A stretch of 62,568 nt of DNA, the filler included, from Asterionella formosa (Eukaryota), in NCBI GenBank assembly GCA_002256025.1. It is 14 parts of 14 records of this genome, joined end to end, with 100 filler letters (N's around TTAATTAATTAA, not from the genome) between each part and the next. Parts side by side here need not be neighbours in the genome. Positions count along the whole stretch, not along the records: positions 1 to 4,387 come from NKIB01013554.1; positions 4,488 to 8,873 come from NKIB01013555.1; positions 8,974 to 13,359 come from NKIB01013556.1; 11 more parts are not named here. One strand, 5' to 3'. How positions within the stretch are numbered: position 1 is the stretch's first letter; every line of letters starts with the position of its first letter. The translations under genes were made by a program, and so were the position numbers. The notes under the pieces are model-generated. The model was not told where the DNA came from, ran no database searches, and worked only from the letters and a program-made list of their open reading frames with translations. This document shows positions 1 to 12,899 of this stretch, in pieces.

Positions 1-419
1 CATGAAATGAATTGAAACAAGTGGAGCGAGGACCACCGGACAGATGAGAACTTGATATGTGAGGTCCGAAAGAATACTTGACGAATATGCTACCAGTAGT
101 ACTACTGTTATGATCGGCACTTAAAACTTTGGAACCTGGTACCGCCAGGTAGGTAGTTGGTACAGCTAGTTATAGGATCAACAAAAGTAATAGAAAATTG
201 TGGATATTTGTATCTGTATTATTTATTAGTTCGTAGTCATGCATTTCTGCTATGTATTGGTAATATATAATTGGATCAGTTTATTAAGTAGTATGATACT
301 GCGTATCCGGTACATATTTTGTTTGGCTTGCATCATGCAAATAATGATGGCTTTTTGCCTTCATCTTTTTTGCGTGTTTGCGAACACAAGCAGCATGCAA
401 CTTGCGTTGTGATGCTTTT

Positions 420-1045
420 TGTTGTCGGTTGATTGTTGTAGGTGCGATAGTTCGCATTCGTACTCAACCATACGAATAGATCAATTCGTCTGTTGTTTAT
501 ACACAGCACACATCAGATCATAGTCGTTTTTGGCCATTGATTTGTTTATGAATGTCTCATCTGTTTGATCGTTCTTGTCATTGCCTTAGAAAAAGTCTCA
601 TTAACAGGTCGACAGTATGATGACATTTGTGTTTTGGTGGATTGTTGTAGATGAACATGCGAATGTTCGCATTCATGCACAATCACACCAAAATAGCACA
701 ACCTGTTCAGTATCATCTGTCTTTGAAAGACCTCAGAGTAGAATCAATGTTGGCCCTTGAGTTTGTTGTATTGTAGTCTTGTCATTGTAGCCATTGCTGT
801 AGCAGTGAACTCGTTGATAGACACATATTGTTTGCAATTCGGCAGATTTGGTTGATATTTAAATTTGCATTTGCGATTGTTCCCATTCATGCACAATCAT
901 ACCAATGTTGCTCATTTTGTTCTCTCATCTGTCTTTATAGGACATCAGATTAGAATCAATATTGACCAATAAATTTATTGTTATGTTGTCTTATCATTGA
1001 AGTCATTGCCGTAGCAGTGGACTAGTTGACAGACATACATCATTT
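420..1045. repeat. Degenerate tandem repeat, about 215 bp x3
   Basis: A GTTC(G/C)CATTC..CA(A/T)CA(T/C)AC-like core recurs near 450, 665 and 878 with similar downstream blocks (TCTGTCTT..CAGA..AGAATCAAT, CATTGC.GTAGCAGTG). Confidence 0.7.
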
Positions 1046-1375
1046 TGCCATTGGCAAAGGTTTTCACCTTTTGCTCGAATGTGCCACAGGTATCATCATT
1101 TAAAGCTCACTTCATTTGGAGGCTATTAATGGATAGCAGCAGGTGTTAATTTTGCTACTGTAGCCTAGTCTTTTTGTTGCCTTCTTTGCAATATCCTAGG
1201 AAGAGGCCATGATTTGTTATTGTCATCACTACTACTACTACTTTACAAATTAAGGAAGAAGTCAGGGTTTTCTTCATATCCTTCTGCTATGCTGGAAGAA
1301 AAGTGCTACAGAGCCAAGCAAGTATCAATACTTCTTGGACCAAGGAAGATGAAAGGTAAGTATACAGATTGTTTA

Positions 1376-1890
1376 TGTCTGCAAAAACCAATCATATTCC
1401 TATGATGCATCACAGGATTATGATCACCTGATCATATTTTTTTGTTATATAATTAAATAATTTTGATAAATGCCCTTGTAATTGAATTGGTAACCCTTTT
1501 GACTATGGATATTTAATTACAATATGTATTGTTTCTATTAGGATCCTTCATTAATATTTCTTGATAAGATAATGTACCAGCTTAAGTAATGTTGTTTGGT
1601 TCATCATCCTCTCCAGTCCTCATTCCAATTATTGCAAAACCGATAAAACAGCCATGTCGAGAGGAACAAGTGTTTGTGATAAAATCTTCATTTGTCATTC
1701 AAGTCATCATATGTCTTTGATGAATCATCATCTACAGTGCACAGTATGTTTGTACGCAATCTGTTAAGAACTTGAAAAAAAATCCAATGAAAACGAAATG
1801 GCTCATCAAATCGCTCATCACACAACACAAATATTTCCGGTCTGTCACTGGAGCATCGATCAGTGTTACAACCTCAATCATAGCTAAACA
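1376..1890 (+). repeat. Dispersed repeat: inverted copy of the non-coding region downstream of the Plavaka-like transposase (about 59770-60285)
   Basis: Colinear reverse-complement similarity, e.g. ATCATATTCCTATGATGCATCA, ATAATTTTGATAAATGCCC, CCCTTTTGACTATGG, TGATAAAATCTTCATTTGTC, GATGAATCATCATCTACAGTGCACA. Confidence 0.85.
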
Positions 1891-1898
1891 ACATCCAT

Positions 1899-2454
1899 TA
1901 TTTATTTAATATAGTAGAATGAAAGAATATTACATCCAATGTCTTGTTGTTCTCCATCTTGTAATTCAATGGTGAAGTTTCTGGAGTCTAGTTTGGGTTA
2001 GCAATTATTTCTGCATCATCAATCTATATACAAGCCTGCGCCACTTGACATCAATATAGCTACCTCGACTTCATCAATGAAGAAAGTATGATGGGCGGAG
2101 CATGTGAGAAAAAACAGGGGTTGAGGTGAGCTGTTGTCTTGATGTCGACGTGCTTGGCTGAATTTGCAGGTCAAGGCATTGAGTAGCCTATTGACGTATA
2201 CAAAGAGAATGAAGCGATGATGAAAGAAGGAAAGAATCAAAATAAAATAAAGAAAGTGTTATCAACGTTTCAATATCTAGTTCCGAGGAAAATTGGGAAG
2301 AAGAATTCCAGGGTGGCTTGTCAGAATATCAACCGGTCTGACCTCTGTACATGTATATTTATTTAATATAGTAGAATGAAAGAATATTACATCCAATGTC
2401 TTGTTGTTCTCCATCTTGTAATTCAATGGTGAAGTTTCTGGAGTCTAGTTTGGG
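1899..2454 (+). repeat. Exact 99-bp direct repeat (1899-1997 and 2356-2454)
   Basis: TATTTATTTAATATAGTAGAATG...GAGTCTAGTTTGGG is identical in both copies. Confidence 0.9.
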
Positions 2455-3373
2455 ATTAGCATGCTTTCTGCCAATATTGAGACGCTCCGAATTTCTTTTG
2501 CATCCTAGGACTTTGGCAATCTTGTTGCAGTCCCCTTTAGCTAAGTAAACCTCTGCATTGGCAAACTTGTTGGGTCAGGTGTAAGCAATTTCTGCCATTG
2601 TATTGCTTGGCCTTGTCCATGACTGAATCAACATCATCATCAGTGTTTGAGGGTTATAACAACTCCTTGTATGGTGCATAGTGGATAAGGGTTTCATCAA
2701 ATTGAGACTAGTTCTTTATGTCTCATCAAGCCATTCTTCTCATGTTGCTTACTAGCAGCAGACAAACTGTGGATTGCTTGGGCAATGATTTTGCTTGCCA
2801 TTTTGTTTTAAAACATAGTAGTAGCACCTACCCTGTCCAATGTTTTCGGCCACTCCTAGCCATCATCCAATCTCATTTTCAGTTCCCCCTCCCCTGACAT
2901 CATGATATTTTACTCAGCCATAGAAATCGAATGGTATATGCCCCGGAGATGTCTGGGGTGGTGATACCGGTGAGTAGTTCAAGTGGCTGGGGTACTACTA
3001 CAACCATTAGTTAAGGGGTGTGCCATACGTTCTCGGATCTGAGAAGTGTATTCAAGACAGTAGTCCCAGAAGCATTCAGGAAATTTAGCTCAATGCATGA
3101 TGCAACTGAAATGTCGTTTTAACTTTGGTCTCACATGTTTGGCATGGTTTTGCTAAAGAGAATACTAGGGCTTGGTCAGATGTTGGAAAAGATATTTCTT
3201 CCTAATTTGTTTTCCCAGTCAGAACCAGTTTCTTCTCCTGCATTGTCAGTGACTAGGTACTTAGAGATACCAACAGTGGTACCACCATAAATCTATTAAA
3301 AAAAACGTTAGGCCTAACAGTTTTGCTGTAAGACCCACTGCCCCAAAAATTCTCAGTATGACGTATTATTTTT

Positions 3374-3526
3374 TGATTGATCATACAAAAAAACTGATTG
3401 ATCATACAGAATTACTGATTATCATACAGAATTACTGATTGATCATACAGAATTACTGATTGATCATACAGAATTACTGATTGATCACACAGAAATACTG
3501 ATTGATCATACAAAAAACTGATTGAT
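3374..3526. repeat. 21-bp minisatellite (ACTGATTGATCATACAGAATT), about 7 copies
   Basis: Head-to-tail units with no spacers. Confidence 0.95.
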
Positions 3527-4387
3527 ATCAACTAACGTTTTGGTGTTCGATCTAAAGATAGTAATCGTGAGATCAAATCAGTTATTGATTCAATCTAACC
3601 TTTGGAATGCTAATATCAAATAGAATTTTTAGCTTTCGATCTAATATTCATTACTACTGATCTAACTTATTACTCTCATTGATCAAACCTATTATCATGT
3701 TCTATAAATGATAAACAAAAATCGAATTAAATGGATTGATATTTAATACTCAAATATTCTAGTCTACTTCTGGTCACCCATACTTTCCACTGTGCATGCA
3801 TCCTCTATCAGAATGAGCAAACAGTGGTCTTCAATACCTCAATTTTCACTTCCGGTAGCTATGTTTAGATAATTGCCTTATCAAAATGAAATTAGAGAAT
3901 TAACAAAATTGATGATGCTTTATTCGAACCTCTACCATTGCAAATGGCAGCAAGTCACATTCTCCAATGTTCTTTTACGACTTTCCTGTAAGAGATAATA
4001 ACAACAATGTTAGCAAAACTGTTGCATCAAGTAAGCTACTAGGCAGCCATCTAAACAAAGATATGTGCAACGAAATGATCATATGAACAACCTATCACTC
4101 CAATTTCCGTATGAGCAGGCAATGTGCACCAGATGACTTACCTGTGCTCTCATGGTTTATTGTTGCTTCCATTAAGAATTGTAGCAAGCCACATTCTCCA
4201 AGGTTCCTGTATGATTTTGAGGAGATAATATCAATGTTAGCAAAAGTGTTGCAATGATTAAAGCATCTCCAGCCACACATGTGCCACGAACTGATGACAT
4301 CATAAACAATCTTTATAGTAACTTCACATTCCAATCGACATAACAAGCATCAAATGAGAGTACAATAACTTACCTAGGATGCTCTCA

Positions 4388-4487
4388 NNNNNNNNNNNNN
4401 NNNNNNNNNNNNNNNNNNNNNNNNNNNNNNNTTAATTAATTAANNNNNNNNNNNNNNNNNNNNNNNNNNNNNNNNNNNNNNNNNNNN
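4388..4487. other. Artificial contig-joining linker (N-TTAATTAATTAA-N). Repeated at 8874, 13360, 17841, 22320, 26795, 31272, 35744, 40217, 44691, 49162, 53632 and 58101
   Basis: Identical 100-nt N spacers carrying a six-frame stop linker, about every 4.47 kb. The intervening contigs are nearly equal in length and roughly decreasing, as expected for size-sorted concatenated contigs. Confidence 0.97.
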
Positions 4488-6266
4488 CTGGTATGAATCA
4501 CCACGGCCATGCGTCATGCAATGTTATAACTGGTACCAGGGGGGTGCCAGTACCAGGTATTGCATGACCACTCACATGCCAGTACGGGTAGTCCGATTTT
4601 GTTGGCTGCCGTGCGCCGAGCGGTCAATATTTCTTACGCATTCCGGAGTGGTAGCTGGTACCTGGTAGTTAGTAAGGTACATATGAGCATAAAAGCAAAA
4701 GTATATGGAAGGTGCGGTAATTGCGCCCACTGCGCGCTTTTTTGGTTTAAGCCCACCTCCAGAGCTTCAAAGCCACAACAAACTGATGGAGTCGGCTGAC
4801 TTTCTAGCCAATGGTTTTTTCTTTAGTAAAAACAAATTATAACCTTACTTACGAAAAGGTAATAACTTCTAAGCCGAGCCAACTTACAGTGAGCAAAATT
4901 TTTTAGCAATGAACAAATGCATGGAGCAATGAGCAAAATTTTCGTGTAGTGAGCAAAAAAATTCGGGACAGAGCAAAAGCAAAAATTCATGGGCAAAAAA
5001 TAGAACCTCGTCATTTTTGGCTGAAACAATTTCATCTTCATTTGTCGGAATTAGAGCAACAATTGAATTCTGGTAGAAAATTCTATGCAATACTGGTCAT
5101 TGAACAATTCTAATTATACCACTGTTATATCCTTGAATGAGGGGCCACGAAGTAGACCCCGTAGGCCTAGCATTATCAAAAACTTGACCCTATGTATGTA
5201 TTCATCAGTAATATTTTGCGCCTAAAAACTCTTGTTAAAATCACATTGAAAATGTCGGTATTATTCTGTTGGTTAACTCATCAATTTTGCAACCTCTCGC
5301 GCCGCTTGATTTATCAACAACATAACCGCCATGATCAGTGCTTTCAGTAAACGCATGAATCAAGCGGCGCGGGAGCACACTATTTCGTTTAAATACGACC
5401 TATTTAGTGTTGAGCATGGCAAATCCACGCCTACATGACCAAAAAAATCACGTACAAACCTCTTGAGCTTGACAGTATGGTACCTGGAGGTGAAACTGTA
5501 CAGGAATTCCTCAAATAGGGTGGTGCTAGCTACTATAGCAGTAACAATATAGCTACTTCGACGATTTCACAACCATCGCTGTGCAATGGACTTGATTTCA
5601 AGGTCATCAATGAATGAACTCAACCTTGTCAATATCAGTGTAATTAGCATAATTCTTTTACGATTGTATAGTCGATGATGTCGTGATTGCACGTACCAAA
5701 TAACAAAGCATCGTTCTGATTTTTCATTAAGTTATTTGTTATCTTTGTCGTGGTCAAGACTGAGACAACAGTTTGCAATATTCGCTCTCCAGACGTTCAG
5801 AATGACTACACTGTAATGTTTTAAATAGAGAAAAAGCATAAATCTAAGCTAAGTTATTTCATTCTAGTGCCTATGTGGGCTGCCTCGGATACTACCCTGG
5901 TGTGCATGAATCCATCAAAAGGCAAGGTGTATGATTTATTGCATGTTTCATGGGAAATACATTGGTTACTTCACCTTATGTTTACTGGTATGTTGTATCA
6001 TTCACTAAAGTGTTATGTAGGTATGTGGCTGTGATGGCTTTGGGTTGAAATGATCATGGCATCACACATTAAGGGAAATTGATAATTTAAGCAAATGTAC
6101 TTCAAGCAAAGCGGTCAAACATTAAGTAAATCCTAGCTATGGTACGACCAACTTGCAGAATAACAAGTTACAGTTAATTCCAAACAACCAGGCGGTGGGG
6201 TGGTTTATTAAATGAAAAATCAGAAGGGATACACAAGAATCATTTTATTTCAATTTATTTAGATTA

Positions 6267-6850
6267 CCTGTAACCGTTATAAACTTTCAAACGGAAAAGC
6301 GCTGCCTCCTTTCACCGCAGAATCGCTGACTACCAACTTCAACTTGCTGACTGCGGACTTCTTGTTGCTAACTGCTGACTTGATTTGCTGAAAATTTGAA
6401 ATATTCGCTGACTGCTAACTTCAACATGCTGACGTCAAAGAAGCTGCTTTGAACATAGGAAGAGACCGACTACCGTTACCAGCCAGTGTACAAATCGTGT
6501 CTACTTTTCAAATTAGAATCACGATGGAAACGCATCATCATTTTGTTGTTGGGATACTAAAAGCGATGCCTTCTACGTTCATACTATACTATTGGGAGTA
6601 ACATAGATGTACCTGGTACTCCGTACATGATAATAAACTGTGAAATCGACATCAATGCCAAAAAAACATTGATTGCTATCTACTTCGTGATATTGCTACC
6701 ACCATATACCAGTACTATCGTAAAAATGCTGACTTCAACTTGCTAACTACTGACTGCTGACTTGATTTGCTGAAAATTTGAAAAAATCGCTGACTTCTGA
6801 CTTCTTTTGCTGACTGCTGACATGAAATCGCTGACTGCTGACTTCAAGTT
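6267..6850. mobile_element. Transposon-like repeat rich in GCTGACT units. Homologous to 48601-48811
   Basis: CCTGTAA.CGTTATAAA.TTT.AAACGGAA.AGCGCTGCC...GCTGACGTCAA is shared with 48601-48811, with many GCTGACT units. Confidence 0.7.
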
Positions 6851-9326
6851 CATTTTGACAATAAAACGAGTAATGGCTTAACATCTATGTAAATGACAAT
6901 TTAAAGAGTATTGGAGTGGCGCAAAATTTAGGGGTTGAACAGAAAACGAGCAACCTGCACGCTATGTGCGCTGATTACCGGACCTTCCTGAAGGCAATAC
7001 ACGCCCGAGGTGGTCTCTTGCCTGCGAGGATACATGTGTTCGAGGCTGGGTGGCACAAGTAGGTCGACCGTACAAGTGGTGCCCCCGGAGCTGCGAGAAG
7101 GTCACCCTACAAATGATGCCATCCCAATCGAGTACACATTTATGTGAGAAGGCAAGTAGCCGCTGAGAAGGGTACTATTGAGGAAATTCCCGCTCTAGCT
7201 ATCGTTGTGTCATTCGCTTACCTACTGCCCACAAATAAAGCATAAATGTCAATTTTAGCTTACTATTGCCTATCATATAAAGTAAATTTTGTTTATTTCC
7301 TATCTTTACATCGAAAATTGCCAAAGGTCCGATATTGCCCATTATTAAAATATATTTTGTATATTTCATATGTTAGCATTTTGGCAAGACAACAGATGCC
7401 AATTGCCCCTCGGTTTTCCAGCCCTGGGATTGCTGAAATTGGCAAAGGTTCCACTTAAGGAAACCATTTTAAATACTCTACAGATTTAAATAATTTATAT
7501 CTAGAATTCACCTCGTTTTCTTCATCAACTGAAAAGTGGACTCCGGCAATTCACCTTTCACCGTGCTGATCGTCGTCCATCATGACCGGGTTGAAGCGAA
7601 ATCAGTTCAGCCAGTGATGACACCAGTAGCGATTCGTTGTCTGACAGATGCGGTTGGTTGTTGGATTGCTTTTATTCTCGAGGGCTTCATGTAGTTGCAT
7701 CGTCCATATTTCGTTGGACAAACAATGATAGCGATGCATCTGGTGAGGTTGGTGGCACGTTTTTGCTCCGGTCATGCATGTGATGATGCTGCCTTACCTG
7801 GGCTGTGACGGTAGTCATCTATCCTACATACGTACGTGGTACTGAAAACAACCAATCATGCATGGTACTTTGAACACATTATAATTTTATCTCTTTAGAC
7901 TCGGTATTATGTTTACGAGACCAGAATGTTAAATTATATTGTTCACATATTGATTGATTTTACGTACTGAATGGCCGATTTCGTCCTCACAATTATAATT
8001 CTCAGTCTATCCTGCCTGCCGTTGCTCAATTTGGGCTTGCAACAGAAACTTTCGACTTTTTTTATGCGCTCATCGTCTGCTGCGTGTTACCCTTGTTAGA
8101 GCAGATCGGTGAGTACAACAGTCAAATACTGAATGTGATCATATTTAGCTACGATTGTCGATTTTCCGATTTGATTGCTTCTGTGGTTTGTATTGATCGC
8201 TTCCATTGTTGTTTGTCGTTACGCACTGTTGTTTTGTTTTGATTGTATATATCTACATAAGAACCAATGTATTTATCAATGACTACTCTTTGAAGATGTG
8301 GGATTGTGCCGTTGTTGATCATATTTGTTGATTTTTACTATAGTTGTTGACTATGATGTCAATGTTGCCGCCAAGCAATGCTTTTCTTGTACCAACGCGT
8401 TTTGCTACCTTTCTACTATGAGTATGTATCACAAGCTACGTTAAAATACTTCGCTAGAGGGAATTGATAGTGCAGGAGCAGCCTGGCGATCATGCTCACT
8501 CAGAATGGAATGATGAGGGCTGTTGTTTGGTGGGAGGAATGACTGTGGTGGAAAGACCGCTATTACTAATGTCAGGCTGCTACAGCAATGTGAATGGTTG
8601 CAGCAAACAGATCATATATGCTACATAGAGATGCAGGTATAGTTGGTTTCCGCTTTTCTCTTCTCATTTCGGTCTTTGATTCTTGTGTGGTAATAGAAAG
8701 TCAATCTTGCCTGTGTAAGAACTATAATGTCACAATGCATATGTCTCCATTGAAACTCCTATTTTTTACTTCATTTCTAACCCAAAACAATTTTTTCTAT
8801 TTCTTATTTGATGCTACTTATTACTTTGCATTTCATACTTTGGTTGCTCCAAACATCATGTTCAATTTTCATTNNNNNNNNNNNNNNNNNNNNNNNNNNN
8901 NNNNNNNNNNNNNNNNNTTAATTAATTAANNNNNNNNNNNNNNNNNNNNNNNNNNNNNNNNNNNNNNNNNNNNTTTATAGTACATTGTGTATTTTCACCA
9001 GGAACATGGGTTTTCCAACATGATTTGATTACAGATATGTAATTGATATTGGGATATCAATGTCGATAAGTGATAATTGACAAATGACTACGTCGTGATA
9101 CTTTCCGTCGTCGTTCTTGCGATTACAAGGTTGTTGATGAGGTTTTAATCCTATCGGATAATCCTACTACCTTGGATAACCATGGACGAGGTCCTTATTC
9201 TATTTATTCAAGTATATGCCAATGGTCCAGTTACTTTTCAACAAACTATGCATACTACGGACTGAATTAATATCCATTACATCAAACCTTTTCAAAGGTA
9301 AAAGGTTTTCCCTTGGTGTGGGAGAG

Positions 9327-9523
9327 TGAGCGATCTTGCGCATCAATACAGATGTATATAGGGTTAGTGTTATATCATGTATGTATAAGAACTCAATAAT
9401 GAGAGAACTCGACTAACCCTCATTGTATACTTTGGTGTCGACTTGGAGAACGAGTTACACACAAGGATTAACAAATAAGCTCATATATTCAACAAATACT
9501 ACTACTTCTAGTTAGATACTTCA
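9327..9523 (+). mobile_element. 3' LTR (197 bp) of a Gypsy-like LTR family
   Basis: TG...CA ends, preceded by the purine tract GTGTGGGAGAG (PPT-like) and followed by CCTGG. It differs from 12900-13096 at 3 positions and is related to 41820-42026, which precedes a Gypsy-type gag. Confidence 0.85.
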
Positions 9524-10092
9524 CCTGGTACTCCTGGTCCCAGGCACTACCGGTAGGAGTACTCGCGCAGTAAACCATGGGACCGTAACAGGTACCGGTA
9601 CTCCAGGTACCAGGAACTTTACTCTGTACAGCAATTCCCCGTATTTTTTTCAGTATTTGTAATCGAGCATAGTAGGAGTCGAACCTGGCACCAAGTACCA
9701 GGTACTTTACCGGTAGTCGAATGAGTCTGGCGGAACGAGAAATCAGCATACGACTGGCCGTTTCGCACAGACAGACGCTCATCAATCCTGGACCTCCTGC
9801 CTCCCTGTTGCTTCCTTGCTTGCTTGGTTGGCTGTGAATGAAATCCAAATCCTCAGCCAACTCCTCGTTTATTTACGGGAATTTGCGCGCTGCTACATAA
9901 TGATATACTGGTACTATTATGTAGATGTGCGTAGGCGGGTGCAAATAGGTACGAGCCGAGCGCGATCGAAAGTATAATGCTATCTACCGACCACAGTAGC
10001 TACCGGTAGTCCGCTATACGCCCCAGTATTTTCTTACGATTTATGTAAAATAATTTTGGTCAGCCATATCGAGTTGCATCCCACCCACAACC

Positions 10093-11921
10093 ATGTCGGG
10101 CATGAACCAACCAGCGGCTACAGGATTGGTACGTTTAAGCTCCGTTAGAATCGATATTATCCGAGGAATAATGGAATGGAAATGTCTCAATAGCGAGACC
10201 AACGAAGATGTGTCAGCTACCTACATCGACGCCAGTTCCAATGCTGTCCGTGATGTGGTCTCCGTTCCCCACTCTCGCTCACTCTCTATCACTCACTCAC
10301 TCACACTGCAAACTTTCAGTTCCTCAACGGAACACGCGAGTCCGGAGCAGACGTGCGCATCGGAAACGTGACAGCCGCTCTCGCCGTTGCCAACATTGTC
10401 AAGTCGTCGCTGGGGCCAGTGGGGTTGGACAAAATGTTGGTGGACGACATTGGCGATGTGACCATCACCAACGACGGAGCCACCATTTTGAAGAATCTGG
10501 AAGTGGAACATCCAGCAGCCCGCGTTTTGGTGGACCTGGCGCAACTTCAGGACAAGGAAGTGGGAGATGGAACCACGTCCGTGGTTATCATTGCAGCAGA
10601 GCTGTTGCGGCGGGCCAATGAGCTGGTGCTGCAGGGGTTGCACCCAACCACCATTATCTCGGGATATAGAACGGCGTTAAAAGCAGCCATTGCATTTTTG
10701 AAGTCACACATGGTCCTGCAGGTTAACGACTTGGGAGACGAACACCTCCTCAATGCTGCCAAGACGAGCATGTCGTCCAAGATTATCGGCAAGGAATCGG
10801 ACTTTTTCGCAAAGCTAGCGGTCGAGGCGGTCAAGTCGGTCAAGATGAAGGGGCCAGAGGGAAAGATGAAATATCCGTTGTCCGCAATTCATATTTTAAA
10901 GGCTCATGGGAAGTCCAGTATTGAGTCACATTTAGTGCATGGGGGATTCGCCCTCAACGCGACACGGGCCGCCCAAGGAATGCCCATTGCTGTTGAAGGC
11001 GGCGTCAAAATTTGCTTCCTTGACATGAACTTACAACGTCATCGCATGGCCATGGGTGTGCAAGTTTTGGTAGACGACCCAGCAGAAATTGAAAATATCA
11101 AGAAGCGGGAGATGGACATTGTCAAGGAACGAATTCAAACAATTCTGGATACTGGCGCCAAGGTCGTTCTGACAACCAAAGGCGTTGATGACCTATGCAT
11201 GAAGTACTTTGTCGAAGCCGGAGTGATTTGTGCTAGACGTTGCAATAAGGATGATCTCAAACGGCTTGCTAAGGCTACGGGGGGGAAAGTTGTCACGACC
11301 ATGGCAGATATGGAAGGGAATGAGTCCTTTGAAGCAGACACCTTGGGATCATGTGATGCTGTGCGTGAAATGAGGGTTGGTGATGGGGAAATGTTGTACG
11401 TGTATGGATGCATGGGGAGTGGGGCGTCAACAATTGTCTTGCGAGGTGCCAATGAATACATGTTGGATGAAATGGACCGAGCCTTGCACGACGCCTTGTG
11501 TGTGGTGAAGCGCATGCTAGAGAGTAGCACGCTGGTCCCAGGCGGAGGTGCTGTGGAGGCGTCACTATCGGTATATTTGGACGAATTTGCCACCTCGCTT
11601 GGAACAAGAGAACAACTTGCTATTCAGGAATATGCTGCAGCTCTCTTGGTCATCCCCAAGACGTTGGCAGTAAATGCGGCCAAGGATTCAAGTGAATTGG
11701 TGGCACAGCTCCGGGCAGTCCATGCGAGAAGTCTTAAGGAAGGTGCTGACGAATCTCTCAAGTACATGGGGCTGGACTTGGTGGAGGGGACAATAAGAAA
11801 CAATTTGGAAGCTGGTGTGGTGGAGCCTGCCATGTCCAAGATCAAGTCTCTCCGATTTGCGACAGAAGCAGCTATCACTATTCTTCGAATTGATGATCGC
11901 ATTACACTTCATGCTAACTAG
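10093..11921 (+). CDS. CCT1: T-complex protein 1 subunit alpha (CCT-alpha). Exons 10093-10128 and 10320-11921
   Basis: Chaperonin motifs SSLGPVGLDKMLVDDIGDVTITNDGATIL, GDGTTSVV and alpha-specific KIKSLRFATEAAITILRIDD. A GT-AG intron (10129-10319) joins MSGMNQPAATGL in frame to FLNGTRESGADVR. Confidence 0.97.
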
Positions 11922-12131
11922 AGTAAGTTGAATAGCATTCCAGTACGTTGAATAGTAAATATACAAAACAAAATTTTCTTTTTAGATTAATTTTGTTGCG
12001 AATATCTAACTAACAATGGTTTGCCCCAATCTAGTCTTCTTTCTCGACACTCAACAACATCATGCCCAATAATAGTATATACTATTGGCAGCAAACGCTC
12101 ACATCACAAACATTGCTAAATAATGTGGTCA

Positions 12132-12560
12132 TCACCAGTCATGATCAGCATCTTCCTTGTCACCTTCATTGCCATCATCTGGGGCATCATACACGACAGG
12201 AACATCAACAAAGTCATCTGTTTCTTTGTCGCGTTGAACAGGAGCCTTTTCTCCTTCGATTCTGGTATACTTTTCGTGTGGTGGTAAATTGTTCAATCCA
12301 TGATGACTGCTAAAATGATGGCGACTGCTATGCAAATCAGATGGATCGACCATTTCAACACCATGTTTGTGGTGATGACACTTCAAGGAAGGGACCACTA
12401 GAAATACAATGACAGCAATAGCTAGAAGCAATCCCAGCAGACGGACTTTGCCGGAATACTCAGTATTACTACGACGCGGAGACGGCACAGTAGCAGACTC
12501 TTGTTCAAAACTGAACATGTCGCCCATGGGAATGGCCTCGTACAGTCCTGGAGTGGTCAT
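12132..12560 (-). CDS. Hypothetical 142-aa single-pass membrane protein with His-rich and acidic C-terminus
   Basis: ATG-initiated ORF with one hydrophobic helix (LLGLLLAIAVIVFLVV), convergent with CCT1. No family recognised. Confidence 0.6.
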   Translation of the reverse strand: MTTPGLYEAIPMGDMFSFEQESATVPSPRRSNTEYSGKVRLLGLLLAIAVIVFLVVPSLKCHHHKHGVEMVDPSDLHSSRHHFSSHHGLNNLPPHEKYTRIEGEKAPVQRDKETDDFVDVPVVYDAPDDGNEGDKEDADHDW

Positions 12561-12899
12561 GATGGTGGCTATTGAAGCAGGGATGAATATATTTGGATAC
12601 CTGGTAGAGTGTCAAAAGGCAGGAGGAACGAAGAAATACTATTCTATTTTCCGGTTTTTTATATGAATGACAGTGACGGCTGTGAACTCTGATATTATGT
12701 ACAGTTCCATGTACTTAAACAGCTCTATATTATTTATTATGCTGTAGAGGAAGATGTATAATATAACAAAAGAAGCAGAACGAAGCAGCTGATAAATGTG
12801 TGAAAGTTCGAATGTCCCCGGCTTACATAGCTCGTATGATCCCGGTACCTTTTTTGCACAGCAACCGGTAGTCTAGTGTGTATGGTACAAGGTACCTGG

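Noticed and set aside
3374..3526. Possible CRISPR array
   Set aside because: The 21-bp units are head-to-tail with no unique spacers, the context is eukaryotic and there are no cas genes.
4432..4443. TTAATTAATTAA palindrome recurring about every 4.47 kb
   Set aside because: It is always embedded in N runs, so it is an artificial six-frame-stop linker. Gene neighbourhoods across it are not real.
6988..7060. Hammerhead or HDV-like ribozyme in the repeated hairpin motif
   Set aside because: The CUGANGA/GAAA core is absent and the HDV P1/P2/P3 pairings could not be built. Kept only as an unexplained repeat.
7790..7860. CTTACCTGG resembling the U1 snRNA 5' end
   Set aside because: No U1 stem-loops, loop II motif or Sm site follow.
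10129..10319. Possible intronic snoRNA in the 191-nt CCT1 intron (TCP1 introns host snoRNAs in vertebrates)
   Set aside because: No convincing C/D box pair or H/ACA two-hairpin layout was visible.
10208..11966. Multiple overlapping and antisense ORFs within CCT1 (likewise within the TBC gene and the Copia polyproteins)
   Set aside because: Expected shadow ORFs of real coding sequence, with no independent motifs.
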